Assembly: GCA_030141605.1 (NCBI GenBank)
Contig: JAQGDQ010000299.1
Span: 223,804-287,803, forward strand
DNA: 64,000 nt
From: Tubiluchus corallicola
Lineage: Eukaryota; Animalia; Priapulida
Direction of reading: 5' to 3'
Positions 1 through 12,948 of this stretch are shown here, in pieces. Made by a program: the position numbers and the translations under genes. Below the pieces are notes generated by a model that made no database searches, was not told the DNA's origin, and was given only the letters and a program-made list of their open reading frames with translations. Numbering within the stretch: the stretch's first letter is position 1; every line of letters starts with the position of its first letter.

Positions 1-617
1 CTATAGCCTCGCTTGTTTGGCAAACTTATGACCACAGGTTGTTCACTCTTCAGCTGATGCGTCGTTTTCTATAAGCTGTCTTTTTTCCATTTGTCATCTT
101 TACTCGGCTGTCACAAGTACAGCTGAGTAACAGTATTCTTCAATTCTATACAAAACGCACAATTATTTCAATCGTTTAAATAAATAGATTTAAGTTCTAA
201 ACTGCTCTGTTTATTTAACTTATTTAACCCGCACCTGTATTTGCTGAGAGTTTAATACATGATCAATAGCAAATAAATTAACCAGACTATTACTCGACAT
301 TACCTGTGCTGGTATGAAAGCAGACTTTGTGCCTTAATTAACGTCACACACTACGTGGCAGGTGATTCTTTAACTCGGGTGTAGATTTAAATCAACTTTG
401 GCTTTATATTAGTGGATGAATGATACAATCTATATTGCGTTTAGCGCTGCAGGCTTTTACGCCTCTTTGAATAAAAAATAGACCGTTCCTTTTATTACCA
501 TAGTGAATTGTTCATCGTTATACACGATGATAATTTAGCATTTCAGTTAGGGTTTTTTTTATTAATCTAATCTTTAGCTTACAATGGGCAGGTGCTATGT
601 CAACTTATGTGTCAGCC

Positions 618-705
618 GGTGTTAGGCCATTCTGTGTGTTGTTAAGCAAATCTGCAAGGTGTTAGGCCATTCTGTGCGTTGTTAAGCAAATCTGCAAGGT
701 GTTAG
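618..705. repeat. 40-bp tandem duplication (~2.2 copies)
   Basis: ggtgttaggccattctgtg(t/c)gttgttaagcaaatctgcaa starts at 618 and 658, with a third partial start at 698. Confidence 0.85.
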
Positions 706-1109
706 ACTAGTAAAGTGTCAACAGTTATTGCAAAGATGTTGAAAACGGTTACATACGTAGAGCTGTTGCAAAGCAAACAAATCTCTGACTACGTCTGAAT
801 GCGTTTATTTTTCTGCTCAAATAATTCAGTTTGTACAAAGAAAAATGTGAACTATTGGCCAAAATAATTTCATAGCGGTCAAACCCTTTTTGAAAGCCTT
901 TTTTGGTACTGAATCTTAAAAGAACTTTTTACTTGAAAAACGACGTGCTCGGTTGCTAAAGCTTGTACTAAAACTGGGGTGCCTTCTATCGACAATTTAC
1001 TGAACTACAGTATTATAATAGTTGTAAGACATGCCAAGGACCTTATTGCGTCACCGATTTAAGAACTAACCAGATATAATACTGCTTAACTTAGCTTATA
1101 GACTATACA

Positions 1110-1320
1110 GGCCAGACGGTATAGTCTAGTGGTAACGCGTCCGTTTTCCGTCTGGTAGTTCGTGAGTCCAATATTGTGGCCTAGCCACACGAAAAACTTT
1201 AAAAAATTGTACCTGCTGTTTCCCTGCCAGGGCGCGTGTTATTTAGAATAAAGGAAGGGGTATTAATAGTCTCTGTTGTGTAGTCGTAGATTGTTATTTA
1301 CGGTCGGCCAAAAGGTCTTT
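1110..1320 (+). mobile_element. Decayed tRNA-headed SINE with a MetaSINE-like central domain
   Basis: A-box-like tagtctagtggtaa and a degenerate B-box region are followed by ccacacgaaaaactttaaaaaattgtacctgctgtttccctgccagggcgc, which resembles the MetaSINE core as I recall it. The 3' boundary is approximate. Confidence 0.6.
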
Positions 1321-1363
1321 AAACTTATACTAATTGTTTACTAAAAGCCAACTTTAAATAAAG

Positions 1364-1440
<77 letters not shown>

Positions 1441-1507
1441 CATTATCATTATCATTATCATTATCATTATCATTATCATTATCATTATCATTATCATTAT
1501 CATTATC

Positions 1508-1548
<41 letters not shown>
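1364..1548. repeat. Compound (ATT)n/(ATCATT)n microsatellite
   Basis: Directly visible; it produces the spurious ORFs 1325-1558 and 1354-1608. Confidence 0.98.
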
Positions 1549-2433
1549 AACCGTGCAACAGAACGATTTAGACGAGTCCTTCCAATGGCCCCCAATATGG
1601 TTAAACAAATTCTCCGTTTCTCATCGTTTCATGCTACATTTACCCGTTTCACATCTGCCGCGGATGCAGGTAAGCAGTGTCGACGGTGCACCCTTCCCTT
1701 GTAAATTCATTCAACGACACATTTCAAATGCAATGTCGCTTGATACGGGCGCCACATCACGCCGTTATACCTGCACCAGATGCATCCTTTTATGTCAGGT
1801 TTTTATCTACATCTATGCAAACATATTCGTGTCGCTCTTATCTCCCACTCTCACCTGTTCGGGTAGCTTGGGCGTGGCTAATCACTGCCCTTATACCTGT
1901 GCAGGTAAACGTGTTTGCGTAAAATCAGGTGCATTTGTCGCAAATCGGTGGTAATTAATGATCATTAAGTGACAAATTCAGATTGGAGACGAGAGTCGTA
2001 GTAGCCGAAATGTGATTGGAACTTTGACCAGCAGAATGGGGGCTAATTCAATAAATAAGAAGCGGAACGGAAATGCCACCGTAGGATTGGTGTAGAGTAA
2101 TGGAACTAATGATTGCAACGTTTTTGAATATTATGACATTTTCCGGCAAAAATGTTACGTACAATGACATCATTTGGTTAATTGCTACCCTCATGTTGCT
2201 CTACATCCATGTTTTACTGTTGGTGGTCCACCTGGTCTATGCACAGTTGCATCAATTATAAGCGTCTATAAGCTTTTTCTAGTTTTTTCTAGATAATTAA
2301 TATAACTCATCGGAGCCATTTTTGCGTTTGTGAGCAGAGACATGTCTTTGTCCTGCTGATGTCGCCCATTTTAATCGATATTATCAAGACTTTTCAAATT
2401 TCGAAATTACTTACGTGACAACTGCATATAGTT

Positions 2434-2969
2434 TAGGGTGCCAGCACTCCTAATTTGGCCCCGGAGTCTCCTGAAATTCGGCCATGCATATCTAGTTCGG
2501 TCGGATTTTTGAGAAACTTTAAAATCTCCTGAGATTTTGACCATTGCATTGAAATTGAAGTGAAAAAGATGAAATACATGAACCGTTGCATAAGACTAAG
2601 ATAAAAACAGCATTTTCGTTACGTAAAATTGTAATCTTATTGAATTAAATTATTACATGGCTAATTCAACGTTCTCTACATTTTCGGCAAGTTATGCTGC
2701 AACGACAATTGCTGTAATGCAAGTATTCTTCCGGTTCAACTTTACTTCACTTAACATAAACCATCTATGTCCTGAAATCTCAAAAACGTCAAAAATATGG
2801 TGGGTGTGGGAACCAACTACAAAAATTGATTAAACCGTTTGCACTCAGTTTGTAAATTTTAGGGTTTTAGAGCTTTTCTAGTCTAAAATCAAGAAATTTG
2901 CACGACTTTGTGGGTTGACTTTCTTGATTTCACTTCCTCATTTCGATACGTGACGAGGCGGCAACCCTA
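2434..2969. mobile_element. Probable old hAT-like MITE
   Basis: Imperfect termini tagggtgcc (2434) and ggcaacccta (ends 2969) resemble TAGGGTTGCC hAT TIRs; no clean 8-bp TSD. Confidence 0.4.
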
Positions 2970-3692
2970 ATTATCCTTAACTCTAAAAGAGATCTTTGCA
3001 CAGTTGTACTGTACGGACGGTTTAATCATCCGTATACGATTTACTAAGATACTGTATACAGTCTACTGCACAGTGAAAAAGTTCCCAAATTCTTCTTATC
3101 TTTCCTGTAATTTTGTGTTTCATACGAGCGTTCTTAATTTTTTTGTTCCATGTTTGACTGTTGCACTGAACGTAATAAGAAAGCCTGTGCTTAAAGGTAT
3201 AAATCATGGGATACCAAGCGCCCGAAATCTCCCCCCAAATTTCACACTGCAGTGATTTTAATTGTGCTCAAAAACTGATTTTTAAATAATAATGTCCGGA
3301 GTATGCAATGAGTGTCCCGTCTGCGCGTTATTTATTGCTGTAGCACTGAAAGCCTTGCCAAATTCTCTGTTGTTAGCAACTGTTAACCGAGCCAAGTCAC
3401 ACAGATACGTATATCAGATTCTGGCAGGAAATTTAACGTGATAAAGCTAAAGCAAATGTCGCGAATTTTTGACCTGTACCCAATGTCATTGAACAAGAAC
3501 ATGGATTTTTAATCTGATTTGGAACCACAGGTACAACATCTTCGCCTTTAACAATCTTGAAATCACTTTAAGGTAGTTTACTAGATTAGCAACCTGAAAA
3601 TTGCCTAGAATTTCGATTGCTTTGAGTTTAGTGACAGCAAAATCAGAACTTGGGGAGTGGAATTAACCTATACTAGCCTTAGGACGTTCTGC

Positions 3693-3887
3693 TAGGCGTA
3701 AATACTAATCATTATAGCGAGCCCATTTCATTACGTTATCTGTAGCGTTATAACTGATACTGAACACGCTGTACTAACATTACAGTCACGGTCAGTACAG
3801 TAGGCGTAAGTACCAATCATTATAGCGAGCCTATTTCATCACGTTATAACTGATACTGGGCATGCTGTACTAACATTACAGTCACGT
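3693..3887. repeat. ~100-bp direct duplication (2 copies)
   Basis: taggcgtaa...atcattatagcgagcc...ctgtactaacattacagtcacg occurs at 3693 and 3801; the second copy has a short deletion. Confidence 0.85.
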
Positions 3888-4109
3888 GGGTAACGAGTTG
3901 AGGTTATTATTCAAGAGTTAATGAGTTCTATTTCCTCTGGAATCTTGTCAAGTTGACATTTCCTTCTGGACCAGTTTCAAACCGCATTTCGGGTCGCCAG
4001 CTCCTACAGAGAACAAGCGGAAATGTTGTTGTTGTTCGAGCATAATACAAATTTCCGTGAAAATGAACTATTATACATTAGAAAATTAAATTAAATTCTT
4101 ATAACACAC

Positions 4110-4714
4110 TTAAAGAAAGACAGGATGATTTTTCATGCACTACCCCATTTTTAAGTCCAAAAAACAGTTTACATTTTAACACAATTAACACTGCAAAAGC
4201 GCTTCTACTAATTAAAGAATAGATTAAAAACTTAATTAACGGCTGGCGAGCCCAATTACTGATGATAATTTTCAACGGCAAATATATTCCACGAGCGTGT
4301 TGCACGTGTTTGCGAAAGCAGAATTGAAGTACAGTGCTACTGTAAGATATTCAGTGTGTTGTACTAAAATTAGGCAAGTTTTAAGATAAAAATTCGAATT
4401 TCAAATTTACCGCTGTGCTCACGCACGTGTCGAGCATGTGTTCGTCACAGACTAACACATCTGAACTGAGAGGTACAGTACCTGTTTTTCGTGCAATGCG
4501 TTTCCGAAATGCAGGCGCTAGTGCCCGTCTAACTAGCGAAAGGGGAAATGCATGTAACAGCGAAGAACTAGTGACGCGAACGTAAAATTGTGTTTGTGTG
4601 GTAATAATTCTTTCACGTAAGTCATTTTTGAAAAAATAGCACGTTTCCTTTCAATGTTTTAAAGAGTAGATTGTTTTGACCTACAGTTTAAGACTGGGTT
4701 CGGTTTTGCTTTAA
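4110..4714 (+). mobile_element. TTAA-flanked non-autonomous DNA transposon, Kolobok-like family A, copy 1
   Basis: Termini TTAA-agaaagacagg and cggttttgct-TTAA. The body (ggcgagcccaa, cacgagcgtgttgcacgtgtttgcgaaagc, gcgctagtgcccgtctaactagcgaa) is shared with 18341-18941 and 61262-61878. Confidence 0.85.
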
Positions 4715-4845
4715 AGAAAAAGTTGAATGTGTCGTCTGCATTACACACCTTAACTAAATGTTGCTTATAGCAGTTAAGGAAAAACTCAAAAAGTCTCAAA
4801 CTACACCCAAAGAGCAAAACCCAAAAAAGGTTGAAAACTAGGCTT

Positions 4846-5205
4846 CGGTCCTCCGTGGTGTAGTCCCTGTGATAGTCCAAAGGAAAGCAGAGCGATACGT
4901 TTGGCACCAGGTTGGCTGCAGAAGCTGCCGGAGTCAGTGAGCATGCTGCACTGGTCCACCTTCGGGGCTCCACTCCTAATTTGGAAGGTTTTCTCCTCTA
5001 CACATGGCCGTTGGGTCACTTGACCGCCTCCGCCCTCTAGCCGTTGGCTGCTTGTGCAGCTTCTCCGCCTAGTATCGAGATACAGTATGGGCATCCCGCA
5101 AAGCCTACAGCATCTGGTGTTCCCAGGCGGTCACCCATCCGAGTACTAACCAGACTCTACGTTGCTTAACTTCGGTGATCAGACGAGAACCGATGGCCGT
5201 AGTCT
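4846..5205 (-). mobile_element. 5S rRNA-headed SINE (SINE3-type) with a probable RTE-derived body
   Basis: The 5S head (5100-5204) runs into a ~250-bp GC-rich body with no TTTT terminator. Diverged candidate TSD: ggttgaaaactaggctt (4829-4845) vs ggttcaaatctgggctt (5206-5222), 14/17 identical. The RTE origin of the body is inference. Confidence 0.65.
5100..5204 (-). pseudogene. 5S rRNA-derived sequence with an internal deletion (head of the SINE)
   Basis: Minus strand reads gactacggccat-cggttctcgtctgatcaccgaagttaagcaacgtagagtctggttagtactcggatgggtgaccgcctgggaacaccagatgctgtaggcttt, i.e. metazoan 5S. About 16 nt are missing after GGCCAT; box A and box C are retained. Confidence 0.93.
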
Positions 5206-7288
5206 GGTTCAAATCTGGGCTTTCGATAATCGTATTTCGTTTCCCTGCTAAAATGTTGTCATTACTGATTGATCTGTTTCTCTCGTGAATCTAATCTTCA
5301 TTTTCATCATCATCACGTTCTCATTTCCTAACTCTCACTATCGCCTTGGTATTTTATTCTCCTTATTCATTTTACTTCGCAGCTTCTACTTCTTCTATTT
5401 CCAGTTTGCCCCTTTGCTCAGAATTGTACAAGACTATTTTAATAGTAATAGCTTATACTGTAATGTATGTAACAATGTATTATTTATAGTATTTTGGAAA
5501 TGCGCTAAACTAAACTAAGACATAATGACGTTTGCCGTTTCCTGCAGAATTTCATATGATTTCATAATTCTGATTTTTATGCATTTTATTTTTAACATAT
5601 TCTGGTTGTGACCTTCATACATTCGACGCCATGTTACTTTTCCCTGTATATAAATAGTCATTTTAAGAAACTCAGCGCAGTCAGTTCGTGTTTTTTTTTC
5701 AATTTTAACTCTTTCACCTGTTATTTTCCCTTTTATCAATTGCACGTGATCACTAATCAAAGGGAGGAAGAATCTTCCACCTGACATTAACAAGACACCT
5801 GTTGATTCCATTGTCATTCTCTGGAGAAGGTGTAACGGTAATAACATGCCCCACGGCCTGCACTGATTCTATATCAATTACACGTGTATGTGATCTGATA
5901 TAATTTTATGGCTGCCGTGCGGTTAATTATAACTGCAGCTTCCCCGCATCTTTTCGAACCTTAGCAGACTCAGGTTCAAGGACATCACTCGCGCGGGCTG
6001 TGATCAAATTTCATTGATCTATGACTTTTGATTAGAAGATGATTGTGCCACTGAGGGGGCGCTTTAGACAGCTTCTAACATGCGTATCTAGAATAAACTT
6101 TTTGTTGTGAATCGCTTCAAAAATACAAACTACAAATACGGTCATTAATTCACCTTCGCTAAGTTACTGATCAAAACTTTGGAATTAAATAAAGCTGTAA
6201 TTTTATAACGTACGTGTATGAAATGCAGGAATGGCTTGATGTACGTTTAAGAATAACAGACGGGCACAATTAAACCTTGATTATACGATAAACCAGCCCA
6301 GCAAGCGCAGACAGTTTTTATGTGGGTTTTTGCAAAGAAATGATTGACGATTTCTAAAAACTGTCACACCTAATCAATCGAATAAAAGAACCAGGTAGCC
6401 TTGTCATCCCAGAACCGTTTCGTGAAAAATCAACACCGTGAAAAAGCATTTTGTCTCTTTCATCTCTTGCACCTGTTCCTCTTTCTCGGACTCCATCTCC
6501 TCTTTCAGCAAATTTGGTAAAAATTCACCCCCGCTAATAGCCGCACTGGTCAACTCTGTTGTCAGCACCTGCGGGACATTGTTGCCCGGCACGTGGCAGC
6601 TCTGCTCCCTCTTGTGTCCCTCTCTAATTGTTTCCTGCGTTTTTACATTCTTCCGCGGCAGTTCTACAAGCATGCTCACTTGTTTTGCTAACAAGGTGCA
6701 CGTTCTGCGACTGGACATTGATACAAAACGATGTTTATCCAGGTTTACTGTTATAATAAATGGCCGGAGAACGGTCAGCGGGTGCTTAATTGGCTGTTCG
6801 TTATGATGGTCAAGCTGTTGACCATGCGAGGAACAGCTGCTCAAAATCTGAATGAACTACCGGTATCGTTTTAGAAAAGCTTCAGAACATTTTTTGTCTT
6901 AAGAGTCCAGCATAAAAGGACTTACCTTACTTTGCTTTATTTGTTTTTATTTATTATTATATTTATTTGTTTTTATATAGTTTTATATGTTGATTTAAAT
7001 CTAAAGTAAAATAAAAATAAATAAATATTTACATGGTGAATAGTTAGCATTATTTAGGTAAACGTTCTGTTGATGCTAGATGCAAAATATTGGATTATTG
7101 GTAAGTTATTAGAGCTAAAGACTTGCTAGGATCATTAGGGGCTGTTTGGTCCACACCGTGTTGGTGTTGGACTGTCCCAATTTTTATATTTCCTTTTTTA
7201 GTTCAAATTTGGTTTCACAATTTAATATTTGGGGTTAATTCCATCATTAATTAGTAATTTTGATACTAAGATTTTAAGTATAATTAAT

Positions 7289-7960
7289 GAGGTAAGGTAA
7301 GATAAGGTAACGTAAGGTAAGATAAAGGTAACATAAGATAAGGCGAGGTAAGGTAAGGTAAGGTAAAGCGATGTTAGATAAGTTAAGGCTAGGTTATATA
7401 AGACAAGGTAAGGTAAGGTAAGGTAAGGTAAGGTAAGGTAAGGTAAGGTAAGGTAAGGTAAGGTAAGGTAAAGTAAGGTAAGGTAAGTTAACGTAAGGTA
7501 AGGTAAGGTAAGGTAAGGTAAGGTAAGGTAAGGTAAGGTAAGGTAAGGTAAGGTAAGGTAAGGTAAGGTAAGTAAGGTAACGTAAGGTAAGGTAAGGTAA
7601 GGTAAGGTAAGGTAAGGTAAGGTAAGGTAAGGTAAGGTAAGGTAAGGTAAGGTAAGGTAAGGTAAGGTAAGGTAAGGTAAGGTAAGGTAAGGTAAGGTAA
7701 AGTAAGGTAAGGTAAGGTAAGGTAAGGTAAAGTAAGGTAAAGTAAGATTAGGTTATGTAAGATAAGATAAGATAAGGTAAGGTAAGGTAAGGTAAGGTAA
7801 GGTAAGGTAAGGTAAGGTAAGGTAAGGTAAAGTAAGGTAAGGTAAGGTAAGGTAAGGTAAGGTAAGGTAAGGTAAGGTAAGGTAAGGTAAGGTAAGGTAA
7901 GGTAAGGTAAGGTAAGGCAAGGTAAGGTAAGGTGAGCAATATAAAGTAAGGTAAAATTAG
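7289..7960. repeat. (GGTAA)n pentanucleotide microsatellite
   Basis: Directly visible; it produces the LPYLT ORFs. Confidence 0.98.
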
Positions 7961-8883
7961 GTGGGGTGAGGTGCATGAAACATGATTAGGTATACTTTTT
8001 ACCTTTCAATCTCTTGTTTGTTACCTTATTCAATTTTTACGCAGTTTTTTATTGTAGTTTGCTGTCTATGACGTCTAATAGGTCATAGATATCAAAATAA
8101 AATAGTTTGCCCTGTCTCAGCTTTTTTGGCAATGATTAATTAATGCAATTGTGTATAGCAGCATTTTCTGTAAAATATAAGCCTTGAAGCACTGGGGTAG
8201 TTTTTTTGTCAAATTTCGTGCACCCTGGTGTTAAAAACTGTAGTTAACAAACATTTGCTATTCTTTAAAAAAACTTCACTTCCACAAACGCGTGCACCCA
8301 TGTAAACAACATTTTGCAATAAGACAAGAACGAAAATTACTAGAGTGCATAGAAAAGCTTAAGATGAAATAGGTCCGTTGCTATTATTACTCTTATCATT
8401 TGTAATAGGTTTGCTGTCAAGATTTGTCATTTTTTCAGATTTCAGTAAAATCAGTATTGATATGATAATTTTCGCTTTGAACTGTTACTGCATTAAATTA
8501 CAGGCGAGGTCAAGATGACCTTTTCGGCTCCTCTTTTCCTTTCTTCTGTTTGAGATTACCTCTATTTGATGTTTGGCAGCCATGACACGTCTACCTTACA
8601 GCTTATTAAGTGACACGCATTTGCAATTAGAGAAGGATAACTGGCATTTTTCCTGCATTATCCCTGAACAGCTTCCCATTCATAATAAGATCTTCCGTGC
8701 CGGTAAGCAGGAAACACCGTTAACTGTTCTTGCAGCTAAATATGGACTTTTTCCATTAGAGACAATTTTACCTGACGTTAATCAGGTGGTTATTGATACG
8801 CGTGAGCAGATTAGAGATTTATGATTTTAATGGTCTCTTAGGTACCTCGAGTTAGTAGTAGTTTTTAGTCAAAAGCTGAGGTA

Positions 8884-8885
8884 GA

Positions 8886-8943
<58 letters not shown>

Positions 8944-8954
8944 CGAGAGAGAAA

Positions 8955-8985
<31 letters not shown>

Positions 8986-9270
8986 ATTGGGAAAGAAACA
9001 GAGGGAGAAAATTATAGATACATAGAGAAATAGACAGAGAGAGTTGGGGGAGGAACTAAAGAGAGGGGGGAGAGAGACAAGGAGAGAGAGAGGAGCGAGA
9101 GAGAGAAAAGAGAGAGAGACAATGGAGAGAATCAGAGAGAGCGGTAGAATGAAGTGGGAGAAAGAAAAACAGAGAAAGACAGGGAAAGAAAGAATGATAG
9201 AGACAGAGGAGGGAGAGAGATTTGGCGCAAAGAGAGGAAGGAAAGGAGGAAGAGTGAGAGGGAAGGGAAC
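8884..9270. repeat. (GT)n/(GA)n and polypurine low-complexity tract
   Basis: Directly visible. Confidence 0.95.
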
Positions 9271-9815
9271 GATATGATAAAAATGAAAGTGAGTTGCAGA
9301 GAAAGTAATGATAATCAATTGAAATAGAAGTCAAATTATGCGATTACGAAATAAGATTACAAAAGGTCACTATGTTCGTCAAAACAACAGCAAGGCTTCT
9401 AAGACATCTGAAGTGCAGTATTACAAGAGAATGCAATAAAGAGCATATAGAGCTTTTTTAACAAAAAGTTTCTCGTTTTAAAAATTCAAATTCTAGCTTC
9501 AATTGTTAACGATTTCTTTACAGAAGTGATGATTACTAAATAGCGTGCGTGTCAAACCCATTTCTGCCTTGCAACACTTGCTACCAGCATGTAACGTTTA
9601 AGCACCTCTTTCATGGCATCAGAAGAGCAAATTAGTGTAATTAAAAGCGACACCTGTTCAACACAATCAGCGTTAACCGTTCATTTGTATTCCTGGTAAA
9701 AAATTATGACCTTAAGCGGGATGAGGGTTTGACCAGAGAGCTTATAACCCGCTCCCTGTTTCAAGGTCACTTGCAAAATTCGGAGTTGTTTCTGAAGTGA
9801 TAGCGACTATTGCTG

Positions 9816-10125
9816 TTAAAGGAAAAGACAAGCTATTTAGCATGTTGCGTTTATTTTACTGTTATCACCTAAACTTAGAAAAATACTATCTATATAATTA
9901 ATTAACTAACTATCAAGCATATGCACCACTGCTAAGGAATTTTCAGGCGCCATTCACTTGAATATTATGACGTAACTAGGGGAGCCTTCGTGACTTTTCG
10001 TAAGAGCATCGTGGCTTTCCGTAAGCGCGCGCTGCTTAAATTAATTCAAACTTCTTAGCTTAATTCAAGCTTGCCTAATGTTCATGCCGAAATATTGCAA
10101 AATTAGCTATTTAAATTTTTTTGTT
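9816..10125 (+). mobile_element. TTAA-AGG Kolobok-like family B, truncated copy
   Basis: Start ttaaaggaaaagacaag and body (cattcacttgaa, atgacgtaact, ggctttccgtaagcgcgcgctgcttaaa) match 16374-16929; the right half is absent. Confidence 0.8.
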
Positions 10126-10159
10126 TAAGTTTTTTTAAATTTAAGTTTTTTTCAAGACG

Positions 10160-10281
10160 AATGAGTCTCGAACTTCGCGGAGTGAATAGAGAAGTGAGTG
10201 CCACCTCGCGCTTACTGGCTCAATTTTTGCAGTTACTTTGCGAGTTAACAAGGTGAGAGAACTCGCTAGTCTGAAGGCGCC
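10160..10281 (-). mobile_element. Terminal fragment of the Harbinger-like MITE family seen at 20441-20885
   Basis: Minus strand ggcgccttcagactagcgagttctctc...taactcgcaa...acttctctattcact shares motifs with 20441-20740. Confidence 0.55.
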
Positions 10282-10322
10282 GTAGATGTTAGAACTCTTG
10301 AGTCCTTCCTAGACTCTTATAA

Positions 10323-10552
<230 letters not shown>

Positions 10553-12294
10553 GAAACATTTTTAGTTTTTTTTCATATTATAAATTACAAATGGAAAGTA
10601 AAACTGCTTGGCACAGTTGATCAATAGTTCACTTCTTTGCATTGCTAATGGCGCGAAACTTCATAAATCAGAAAGTAAATTAACCGATGATGAACTAAAA
10701 CTTGTAAAAGGAAATTGCATGAAAACCGCGAGTGTAAACTTACAAAAAGCAGGAAGCTGACACCGGCACCTCCTGTAAACGAAAGTGTTGTTTGGGAGGG
10801 CAGAGAGGACGGAAGTTACAGGTTAAGCGCTTCCCATAATTGTAATTATCCCTGAGCAATGCGCTTGTCAGCCTGACAGCAATAATGTTTAATGATTAAC
10901 GGTTATAATTCATAGGTCTTGTAGTTTCTGGAAAACATGCGAGTTGCATGGAAACACAGAAATGTAAAACACTCTTGAAGTTAAGCTTTTTATTTTGAGG
11001 TGATGATGCTGAGAGATATCTGTAGATTTTCAGTTTCAGCAAACAAACAAACATACAAACAAACAAACAAACAAACAACGAAACGAATAAGTAAGCCATA
11101 TGGAACTTTCAAACGCTGTATACAAAATCACATTTTGCTATAAGTTTTTTACATTATCATATGTCCTGTAATTAATGCCTTTTGTCCGTTTATGTAGCCA
11201 GTAAGTAGGTAAGCAAGTAGGTAGGTAAATAAGTATGTAAGTAAGTTAGTAAATAAGCAAGTAAATAAGTAAGTAAGTAAGCAAGCAAAGCAAGCAAATA
11301 AATAAGTAATAATTTGTCACAAATATAAAATCCATAAATAAGACTTCTAAATTTATAATTTATGCGCATAAAATTTGTTTTAAATATTTACAATAAAAAA
11401 TAACGAAAATAAGTCAATAAAAACTACGATATAAAATATACAAGCGAAATTTAAAAAACCTATTTCACATATGGCTCGCTGTTCTCAACTGAATGTATGT
11501 CGTCGAACGCCATTTTGTACTAATAAAACTCTCTTTAAGCCTTAGTACATTATTTGTCCTTATTTATCTCAAATGTTTATCATTAGAACTTAGGAAGGCA
11601 CGCATATACAACAATAAACATCTATTATGATCACCATTAGAAATCTCTCTATTAGAAAAGGCCTGGCTGTTTGTTTCTAGACAAATAGATCTTAAATGGA
11701 TGACATAAACACTTCACGCAACTTTACGCAAGCAGCTGTACAGAGTGAACACTATCAACGAGGTTTTTAATGTTGTTCAGTATATCAAGGAATAACAAGT
11801 TTTGGAGCCTCATAATCTTTGTTATTCACACAGAGTCACGTTTCAAGAAACTCATCGAATACTGTGTACAGTCACACTGCTGTAAATTCTACAACACAGG
11901 TAAAATTATTATACAGGAAAGTTCTAGTAAATGGAACTTGATGGGATAATTATTCAGAATGCGTTGTTGTCCGGATAATATCTAGATATGCACAAAATTT
12001 CATTACTCGTTCTAAGATCATAACCAGAGAATAGCTGCTGTATAGCTGATAGACTGAGTTCAAGTTCGTTTAAAGTTTAAACAGTTTTGGCAGGTGAAGG
12101 AGGGGCCATATTGTATTAGCACCAGAGACGCTAAAGTCTGAAGCTCACTAAAACAAGACTCGCTGGTGCTAGAGTTTGTTATAGGGCTGAATAAAGAGCT
12201 ACCAGATCTTACTAGACCAGAGGTCACTAGGGTTGCTCACCAAACATAGAGGTCATTAAAGACGGATCTCATCAAGACTGGAGTTCAATAGATT

Positions 12295-12948
12295 GGAGCT
12301 CACTAGGACGTAAGTCACAGGACCTGAGCTCCACTGCAGCTGAAGCTCAGCAGCTCTGGAGCCCATTTGGTTGGTGTTCACTGTCAGGAGCTCACTAGGC
12401 CGTAAGTCACAGGACCTGAGCTCCACTGCAGCTGAAGCTCATCAGGTCTGGAGCCCATAGGGTTGGTGTTCACTGTCAGGAGCTCACTAGGACGTAAGTC
12501 ACAGGACCTGAGCTCCACTGCAGCTGAAGCTCAGCAGCTCTGGAGCCCATAGGGTTGGTGTTCACTGTCAGGAGCTCACTAGGCCGTAAGTCACAGGACC
12601 TGAGCTCCACTGCAGCTGAAGCTCATCAGGTCTGGAGCCCATAGGGTTGGTGTTCACTGTCAGGAGCTCACTAGGACGTAAGTCACAGGACCTGAGCTCC
12701 ATTGCAGCTGAAGCTCAGCAGCTCTGGAGCCCATAGGGTTGGTGTTCACTGTCAGGAGCTCACTAGGACGTAAGTCACAGGACCTGAGCTCCACTGCAGC
12801 TGAAGCTCACCAGGTCTGGAGCCCATTGGGTTGGTGTTCACTGTCAGGAGCTCACTAGGACGTAAGTCACAGGACCTGAGCTCCACTGCAGGTGAAGCTC
12901 ATCAGGTCTGGAGCCCATTGGGTTGGTGTTCACTGTCAGGAGCTCACT
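12295..12948. repeat. 92-bp minisatellite, 7 copies plus a partial
   Basis: Unit ggagctcactaggacgtaagtcacaggacctgagctccactgcagctgaagctc...gttggtgttcactgtca starts at 12295, 12387, 12479 and so on to 12939. Degenerate ~15-bp subunits extend upstream to ~12120. Confidence 0.97.

Noticed and set aside
5100-5204. Functional 5S rRNA gene
   Set aside because: A ~16-nt deletion removes part of the 5' structure, there is no TTTT terminator, and it is a single copy fused to another sequence.
6404-6844. 146-aa and 122-aa overlapping ORFs as an exon
   Set aside because: No recognisable domain or convincing splice sites; better explained as a GC-richer non-coding island.
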